From the NCBI GenBank assembly GCA_001938485.1, contig MQRK01243963.1:1-60051 (forward strand): 60,051 nt of DNA, read 5' to 3'. A program made the translations under genes and the position numbers. Below are positions 51,061 through 60,051 of this stretch, one piece after another. Every line of letters starts with the position of its first letter. The first letter of the stretch is position 1. The notes below the pieces were generated by a model. That model was not told where the DNA came from. It did no database searches and was given only the letters and a program-made list of their open reading frames with translations. This stretch comes from Girardia tigrina (taxonomy: Eukaryota).

Positions 51061-52384
51061 AGCAATATTACCCCCACTTTTCTTTTGATTATGTTACTGG
51101 ATCCGTTTTGACATCACATATAAAAGAACGTAAAATGATATTTATTAATAACATATATTTATTAATTCACCAACTACCATAAAATATTTCGTTCCTTTTT
51201 GACCTTATTATGTGGTTCGTCACTTTAAAAGAACAATAATCTTCTAAATGATTTCGGAATTCTCTTCAATGGACAATCCACCGAAGGAAGTTCATTTAGG
51301 AATTGACTCTGATGATTTCGGTGAATCAATGAATTTTTTTGAAAAAAATCTTAATCTAGTGAATAATTCTTCTAATTAAGAATTTTTCTTTAATAATTCA
51401 TCAAAGAAAACTAAGGTGAGAATTGCATTTTAACCATTAATCTACTGACACATCTGATCAGTATCAATCACTTTAAAACTTTAAAGCACTACAACGATTA
51501 CTTGTATTCTAATGGTGGGTTTTATAAATAGTCTTTTGACTCTACTTTTTCATGATAAATGACCTGAGGTGTTCTAGGCTGATTAAGTTTGCGAGGATGA
51601 AAGCTATTTTCGAACGGACATTCTGTTCAATAGTTCATAATGTAACAGATAAAAGGTTAACACATTTTTAAAAGGTTTATGATCAGACCTTTACAATATT
51701 GGACATTTTGAGGGTCCATAAATGAGAATTTTAAAAAGAATAAAAATGAAGAAGTTTAACTATTATTACAATTCGTAATATTTTGGCAGATTGATATCTT
51801 TCCTTCTTTTAAATCACATGGTAATTTTAAAACATATATTTCTCATACCTAAGATGAAAGTTAGAAAAAGACTTTACTGAAACAGACGTTTGCATCAAAA
51901 GTGAGTTCTGATCTAGGCTCCTGAAAGAAGTCCAGAAGCTGACAAAGAAAAACAGTCTCTAGAATGTCTATTTGTCCGACAATCCATTCGTTCACACCAC
52001 CCGGCTATTAATGTCATGACTTAACAAGTAAGGATTATTATTTTTGAACATATTAGGCGAATTCTTCGATGTAAAAATTTAGAGAGAAAGAATATTTTAA
52101 GTATACCGTCCTAAATTTCTTTGCCCAACAGCTCCTGGAATTTATCAGAAAAAAAACTATCCTTTATTTTGTTGTGAAGTTGAAAAAATGTGTTTATGTA
52201 AATGGAAATCTCTTTGTGAAATAATGCCTCTATAACTTGGTTGTTATGGAAAATAAATTTCATTTGAATAATCAGATTATGGTTTCTCTGACAGAATTGA
52301 TTACTTTTAATAATTTTAATAATTTTTAATAACTTAAAAAATTTATAATAGATCCTCAGTGATTGTTTAGTGAATTATTTTATG

Positions 52385-52424
<40 letters not shown>

Positions 52425-53345
52425 TTTTCAGGGATCTCTATCTTAAATAACAAACTAATTTAATGAACAATAAAAACATAAATATAAAAACCCCCACGAA
52501 AATATTTAATATAGTTCGACAATTCTTTCTACTAGGTAAAAGTAATAAAATTTAAATTAATATAATTCTTATAAATAAATAAATAATTAAAAGGAAAATA
52601 TTTTATAATAATTTAACGAAACAATTTATCATGATTGTTTGAAAAAAAATAAATACCATTTTAATCTATTTTATTATTATTATTATTATTTTGTTGTTCT
52701 GCAAAAAAATTAATTATTTTTTCTTAACGAATATTTTAATCTGATAAATAAAAATATTATTAATTTATTAATTTATTAATCATAAAATTGAGGAAATTTT
52801 CTCTTATAGAAAATAATTTAGTAGATAAATTCTGTTTTAATTATCTTATTTATTAGTTAATTGTCATTTTATCTTTCCATCAATTTGTTTCTCATTTTGA
52901 ATTTTCGATTAAATTGTGTTTTTTTCCTAAATTTTATCAGATAAATTATCATATCAATTACAATTTTTAATCCTTATTTCCAACCGATGGCTTTTATACG
53001 AACATGGGAACAACGGAGGGGGGTCATTCAAACGCAAAACTAAGACTTTGACTTACCTATAATAATGGGTTTATTTATACAACCAGTCAGAAATATTAAC
53101 CCAGACATACGACTTGTCTTTCCATCGCTTTCCTTAAGCTTACTTTGAAGAATTGTTCCTCTTATTTTAAGTATTTTTATTGCAATAAAAAGAATATTAC
53201 GTAAGATCATTTTAGATTCCGAATCCTCTTTTTATTATAATAAATAACTTATAAATATATGATAAAATGATAATTTAATATTTATATTATTAACAACAAC
53301 AAATAACGGAAATATAAAAAAAGAAGGAATAATGATTTATCACTA

Positions 53346-55194
53346 CAGTGCGTTTCATAAATATGTTCCACCACCCAAAAAGAATCATGGTTGGTATACT
53401 TTCCATGAGGATGTGTTAATGATTTTTTGATCACAAGTTAAGAGCGATGTGTAAAGCTGGTCTTTAACCCTTTCCTGGCTGAATTAAAAATCCTTAAATC
53501 ACTTTCTGCAACTTTCAAATGATAAAAATAAAAGGACGGTTGACAAAATACGTGTTAAAATAATTTTTCTTTAAAAGAAAAATCTTCCTTATTCATCAGG
53601 ATAAAAATTTTATTCATATTTTTTTCATAGATGCCTATAAAATATTAAAATGAAACATGATTCCATATGACATCAATAGTCAGGAAAGGGTTAAATCTAT
53701 GAGTTGATATTCACTGCATTTTAGTTGAAATGTTAAAAAAACCGAAATTTTGGTGTTTCTTATATATCCAACCCTGTCAAATTTGTCTTTAATTTGTAAA
53801 TGTTTGGTTCATTAAATAAATTTCTTTTTTGTTAATGTTTTGCTTTATTGTATCAATTATTTTTTGGACATTAGACCGCGCGGAATTGAATTATCATATG
53901 AGTAAAAGATTAGAATTGAAGCTTTATACGAGTCAGGAAAAGGTTACGGCTATATTGTTACAAAAATGGTCGACATTATGAAACCATCCGCAATTTTCTT
54001 TCAAAGAGACTAGGAGGGGGCTTGAAAACGCTATGAGGATGGCCTAAAAAGGTATCTTAGAAGACAGCAAGTCGAATTGTTCGTGCAGCCTCGAATGAAA
54101 TGAAATCTTTGACTGATATCGAACGAGAATGCGAGTTAAATGTCTCAAAATCCACTATTCATCGAGTTTTAAAAGGAACCTTATACATTACTCATGAGAA
54201 ACTGAAATCTTCACCAAGGTTAAAAGACACACACCAGCAGGTAAGACTTACCTTTGCGAGGAACAACATGAATCGGAACGGGAAACTGGTAAGAACATTT
54301 ATACTATATTGTTTAAAATCAGAACGAAATTAAACTGACCAAAACTGCAAATTAAATAATTGAATACAAAGTTTTTATTCATTTTTATTCCTTTTGTATT
54401 GTAGGTGATATTCAGTGACGAAAAAAATTTAACTTTGACGGCCCAGATGGCTATTCTTACTAGTGGAGGGATCTAAGAATACAACCACATTATTTCTCCA
54501 AAAAAAATTTTGATGGTGGATCGGCTATAGTCAGGGCTGCATTCTCGTTCAAAGTCAAAGCCTATATTGTATATACCTCACATAAAATGGATAGCGCTCA
54601 ATATATCGGAGTGATGGAAAAGCATCGAAAACCATTCTGGAATGCGATTCGAAAGCCAGGTTTTGATATTTACGCAAGACAATGCATCGATACACAATAT
54701 TAAGGAGACCAATGAGTGGTTCCAGGCTCAAAATATCTATCTTTTGGAGTGGCCTGCGTGCTTCCCTGATGAAAACCCCCTTTAAAACTGCTAGGGATTA
54801 CTTGTTTGAGAGGTTTATAAAAATAATCGCCTGTTCCAGATAGAAGCTGGCCTGAAGGCTGCGATTACTGAAGCCTGGACAAATATTTCCATCAATACTC
54901 TGCAAAACTTGTTGAGAATATACCTTCGCATGTATTTAAACTTATTCAGAATGGTGGTGACAGTACGCATTATTAAAACTTGGTTCTAGCCCGTTGTTGT
55001 TGCATTATTTCAATTTTATTCAAAATATTTATGAAATGTCCAAATTATTTTTAGAGAAAGGTAGGGAAAAGCGAAAGGAGATATTAGCATAACATGTAGG
55101 CGTAACTTGTGGTCAAAAATTCATTACCATATCTTCATGGGAAGTATAGTAACCGCGATTTTTTGGGGGTGGACTTTATTTATAAAACGTACTG
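53346..55194 (+). mobile_element. Tc1/Tc3-like transposon with long TIRs and an intron (54289-54404)
   Basis: ~95-bp TIRs CAGTG.../...TACTG with TA TSD; VSKSTIHRVL, VIFSDEK, DGPDG, QDNASIH, WPAC.PD.NP. Confidence 0.92.
53468..53690. mobile_element. piggyBac-type MITE
   Basis: TTAA TSD on both sides; TIR ccctttcctg(g/a)ct. Confidence 0.9.
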
Positions 55195-55842
55195 TATAAA
55201 AATAGAAAGATGTCAAATGGCTTACGATAATGAATAAGTTACTTTAATTATAATTCGGTTGAAGAAATAATAAACTAATTTCCTTCTTTGTACAAATGTT
55301 GCATAGGAAACCGATCGAAAAGTTAGTTAATAATATGGGAATAATTCTGTAATTACAAATTTTGTATTTGATAAACAAACTTTTCGACAACCGCAAACGT
55401 CTTGACTTTATTTGTTTTATATGCAATACTTCTATATCGAAATGAATTTGTTTAGAGATGAGTAATTAGTCGCGAAACAGATTATACATTTAAGAAGTGA
55501 TATATCTGTATAGACACGAAGGAAACGAATAAAAAATGTTCATTCAATCATGTAAAAATCGCAATAAAAATTAAATATCAAAACGTTGATACAACATTAG
55601 TAATAAGTTAATTATTAAATTCAATTATGAAATTATTATTCAAATTTGTATAATAAATATTTTATTTACTTTTAAAATATACTATTATTTATATACATAT
55701 ATGTTGTCACCCGTCAGAACGTGGTCGCTTATAATAAGGCTCATCATACGGGACAGACGAAATTAACTAGCATAGTTATAAATAAAATAATTATTAATAA
55801 GTTTTTTTAATATAAATTTGTATATAGTAGGGATGTAAAGAA

Positions 55843-56110
55843 TCTTCTTCTTCTTTCTCCTTTTTGACCTTAGCCTTTTACCGTGGGTGCATCCAATTAT
55901 ACACAAGCCTTAGCCACATCTCTCTATTTGTAGCATCTTTTCTCAGACATTCCATGTTCAATCCACTCCCTTCTTTTAAATAGTTAGTCCCTTGTCTCTT
56001 TGGATTCCTCTTAGTCTTTCTCATTCCACTCAACCTTCAATCATAACCTTTGCTAGTGCTTGTTTCTTTATCTGATGTCCGTAGAATTTCAGCGTCCTCT
56101 TGATTGTCTC
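55843..56110 (-). mobile_element. 3' end of an RTE-like LINE with (GAA)n tail
   Basis: IKRTLKFYGH..LAKVMIEG.V..R.RG; tail gaagaagaag. Confidence 0.7.
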
Positions 56111-56605
56111 ATCTATTCATTCCAATTGTTTGGAATACACATAATATATATCTTTTAACAAATGTCTTTAAAATTAATTTTGTGCTTAATTATTGGACAC
56201 ATAATCACCATTCCATCATGAAAGATTTCTTTTTGCCTTTTCTAAATTTATTTGGACAAGAAATTCCGGGTAACAAAATGATCTAGCGCTCATATGCACT
56301 TATTTCACATTAATTTATTTTTGTTTCTGAAGACTTAACGCAAATTGTTTACTCTCTTTGGTGAAGCCCGATTGAAGACGGCTGTTGAGATTTATTTTAA
56401 GGTATGTGGTAAATATTGGTGTAGAGTAATTTGCTCTGTTATAAATTATTTTTTAAAGTTCCTTCATGACTCAAGAAATATTCAGTATGATTTGATTGTT
56501 ATATAATATGCTCCCTGTTATCACACCAGGACCTCGCTAATTTTATTCATTTTTAAATTTTAAAATGTATAATTTATTCATTTATTAAAAGATTGTGTTT
56601 AGTTT

Positions 56606-56643
<38 letters not shown>

Positions 56644-56679
56644 ATACTTTTGTTAAAGTTATTTAAGAAATTGATTATT

Positions 56680-56800
56680 GTGCATGCTTCGGAACTTCAT
56701 TTTCCAACGTCAGGAATTACAATGTAATGTGTAAGATAAGAAAATCTCTCATTAATTAACATTTTATTATCTTACACATTACATTATAAATCCTGACGAT
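56680..56800. repeat. Inverted-repeat Penelope pLTR relic with degenerate hammerhead cores
   Basis: Arms 56708-56739 / 56767-56798; CTGACGA on +; CTGACG..GGAA..TTCC-GAAG-CATG on -. Confidence 0.5.
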
Positions 56801-56899
56801 GAACAAGTGAGATCAACCGTGACTGAGTGATCATTACTCACATCTGTGTACGCACACTTGCCCTCCCCGCCAATGCCTTTCTGCATGTCACATGTTCAT

Positions 56900-57485
56900 G
56901 AAGACCAGGGAATCCAATCAATCGACCACATGCATCTATTTACCCACTTCTCTTCAACAATTTCAGACTTAAGACGATCTCATTTTCATGTAAGATGGTG
57001 CTCCCACACATTGAGCAATCGTATTGCGCAACTGCTTGAATGCTAATTTTCCTATAACGGTATCCATGACCAGCTCAATGTTCCGACCTCAATCTTTGTG
57101 AATTCTTCTGATGGGAACATATCAAAAGTCTTGTCTACAAGGATGTTCAATATCCAAACCTGCGAGCCTTGCAGGCTCTCATTTCCCAAGTGATGCAGGC
57201 CATCCCCAAAGAAGTGATCAATCCTCATTACCACACAATTGAGGGAATGTGTGGTAAGGAATGGAAGGAGTATAAAAACTGTATGACTGTTTTGGAATTT
57301 TCCTGTTTTTTTGTGTGACTTTAGACGCTTTTGTGCCCAACGTTAATATTTTCTTTCCAAATTTGTTTTTCATATGAAATGACATTGCATGGGCTTTAAA
57401 ATAAGCTATTGGGCACATGATTTTAGCAAATGTAAGTGCGTCATTTTTCTAGTATAAACTGGATACATAATGATTCGCCACCCTG
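56900..57485 (+). mobile_element. Tc1/mariner (maT/DD37D-like) 3' fragment
   Basis: DGAPTH, SDLNLCEFF*WEHIKSLVY; terminal ccaccctg-TA. Confidence 0.7.
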
Positions 57486-57918
57486 TATATTACAAATATA
57501 AGAATCCTGAATATAATTACCTTTTAATATAGGGCTTCAATCATCACCTAACCTGACGGAGTCTCGAAAATTGACGCCTTCTCTGCTTCATATCCCATCA
57601 ATCGTGTTTCATCCACTTCGTCCATTCCAGCAACGGTCTATCAATACTAAAATTCTCGTCGGTTATGCGGACTTCAATTTAGGTTACCGGATCAATTTTT
57701 TCCTCTTTGTAGCAGTGATACCCAAAGTGACCTTGAGCTGCACACACTGAACATTTTTAATACGGGTACCCGACAGTTATAACAGATTTTCGAATTTTCA
57801 AGATATGTACGACGAATATGAAAGATTTTTTTGCAGCCATAGTACATTACATTTGAATTTTTTATTCTTACGGTTTGTTGTCATTGTACTACTGTAATTT
57901 TCAATCTGTAATTTTCCT

Positions 57919-58208
57919 TGTGGTGATCTCATTCCTCACCATACTCAGTAATATTGAACTTCAATGATGTCACATCTCATGACATCACTAGCGTTCAAAT
58001 TCTGGTGATTTCATATGTCATGACATCACCAGAATATGCAATCGTAAGGTCAGATGCAATTGCATAAACTGACCCCAGAGCATATTATATAATATTACAT
58101 AATATTGCCTTAATATAAAAGATCGACGATTTTCAAGTTGAATTGGTTAGTAAACCCCAATTAATATTTCATCTAATAAATTTTGTTATCTAGTTTTCGT
58201 TCCTTACA
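57919..58208 (+). repeat. Solo LTR with 5-bp TSD
   Basis: TG...CA, flanked by TTCCT on both sides. Confidence 0.93.
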
Positions 58209-58272
58209 TTCCTGTTTCTGTATTTTTCTTCGTTGTTTCAACTGTTGTTGACACTGATTTGAGAAAGTCATT

Positions 58273-58850
58273 CGTTCTGTTTGGGCCCAAGCAAATATAA
58301 AAATATGATAATATATATAAAATTATAAGCATACTAGGAAAAATATTTTAAAAATTTTTTTAAATTTTTTTTACAGTAACTTAATCTTTAAAAAAATATC
58401 TAAACTGATTACGTACTTATTAACTTTAACTTATTTTATGTATATTTTGAAATCATATATATTTAAAATCATTTTTAAAACTATTTTTTATCTTTTCTCA
58501 TTTTTGCATAAAAAAGTTAAATAAAATAATTTAAAAAAAAACAAAAAAAACATTCCAAACAAATTATTCAATTTTAAATTTATAAAATATATTCGACATA
58601 TAAAATAAGAAGTAAATAAGAAATAAATTTTTAACCATCTGAAATCGTGATACAAATATTTTTTAAAATAAGTCGAATATTTTCGAGAATAAGTCAGTGA
58701 AGTTAGTGAATACGTAATCAATACGTAAAGATTAGGTTGCTTAAAATAATTTAAATAGATATTTTTTAATTTTTAAAATATTTTTCCTAGTATACCCATA
58801 ATATTTTTATATATTGTCATATTTTTATTTTTGCATGGGCTCATACGGAA
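58273..58850. mobile_element. MITE with ~120-bp imperfect TIRs
   Basis: gttctgtttgggcccaagcaaatataaaaatatga... / ...tcatatttttatttttgcatgggctcatacggaac. Confidence 0.7.
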
Positions 58851-59881
58851 CTACACGCATATTCCCCATAACTAGACCTTTACTTTTGCGACATAAAATT
58901 CCCTAATATGTTTTTTGAAACATCTTGAAATGTTGTTCGAAGGACCAATGGTTAAATCCGACTTTCGATATGAAAATTTCGATCAATCTTTCTATATTTA
59001 TTAATTTCAAAACCCAAAAACGACCAGCCTCGTAAAAATTGAAACACAAATCCCATACACTCAGCTTTGTAAACCTCTCCAAACTAAAAAATAATTCGTT
59101 TGGGTCATTAACATGCTGTGCCACCATTCTTTAACCATTGACAGAATCATCTTACCCTTATGGGAACATTTATTCTAATGTTTTACCATCAAATGGCATT
59201 TTATTTTTCAATGTCCTTTAGAGTTTCTAACATATTTTATTAATTGCAGTGTCAGAAAATTGATAGAAGTTAAATTATAACAGTGGATAATCTGAAAATA
59301 TAACTATTTATGGATTATTCGCACATGATCCCGATCGATCAGCAGTGCAAATCAATATTTGACGACGTTAGCACAAGTCGGATAGATTTATTAAGTAAAC
59401 AAGTTTATTCGGAAAATATTCCGCCGTGTCATCAGCGGATTCTGTGTTGAATTTAGATTGAGATTGAAACGATGTGTCCGTATCTTTGCACATTTGTACA
59501 ATACTTTGTGCTACATTGTCGGTAACGAAGACGCGATTCTCTCTTCATTTTGTATCTACGGAATTCGGCTGAATCAAACATTTCTAAGTTTATTTGTTTA
59601 TAAATATCACTGTTAAAATTAGGTCCAACTGTATTTCAATAGAAATAGTATCGTATTATGGACGATGAGTTCATACGATCGTGGTTCGAATTGAGCAATT
59701 AGCATTCAATATGAACTACACAAGCTTAAACTCTCTGATGTTTGATTACTTTGAATGTGAAATATCGACTTTGTACAAATAAGCAATTAAAATTATTAAA
59801 TGACGTCGAGTCATCATTTTTTGCCCATTTTAAATGTTGATTACCTGATGGACGCCCTATTACGTATCTTGGCCCATAGCA

Positions 59882-59936
<55 letters not shown>

Positions 59937-59945
59937 TATATATAT
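59882..59945. repeat. (AC)n(AT)n microsatellite
   Basis: Direct reading. Confidence 0.9.
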
Positions 59946-60051
59946 TAGGGTGGTCCAAAAAACCAAAGTTCAAAAAACTATTCGTCCACAAGTCTCATTT
60001 TGTTCTATGCCTGCCTAGTAACACAGCTGCCAAATTTCAGCCATTTCGGTG

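Noticed and set aside
57550-57580. CTGACG..GAAA hammerhead-like string
   Set aside because: Core incomplete and no stem I or III
58860-59600. Decayed transposase-like sequence; also a TIR-like start at ~59945
   Set aside because: No diagnostic motif; any partner end is outside the window

Overview
Very AT-rich, gapped eukaryotic (metazoan) scaffold. Composition and TE content resemble a freshwater planarian (inference). It is almost entirely nested, decayed transposons: hAT/Buster, hAT/BED, several mariner/Tc1 elements, MITEs, Penelope remnants with minimal hammerhead ribozymes, an REL-endonuclease non-LTR element, an RTE-like tail and a small-LTR Ty3/gypsy family. The one clear host-type sequence is a Groucho/TLE Q-domain. 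The most interesting part is ~2-20 kb on the minus strand, which holds remnants of large Ty3/gypsy-like elements. They have long AT-rich LTRs, protease-RT, an adjacent chuvirus-like fusion glycoprotein, and two diverged copies of an accessory cassette (FN3-like membrane protein plus a REX4/ISG20-like exonuclease with Glu in ExoII and an unknown N-terminal domain). The site next to the LTR where the PBS should be is not tRNA-like, but it is complementary (21/25) to an internal segment just upstream of the exonuclease gene, suggesting an element-encoded primer. All protein assignments are by-eye motif recognition; no searches were run.
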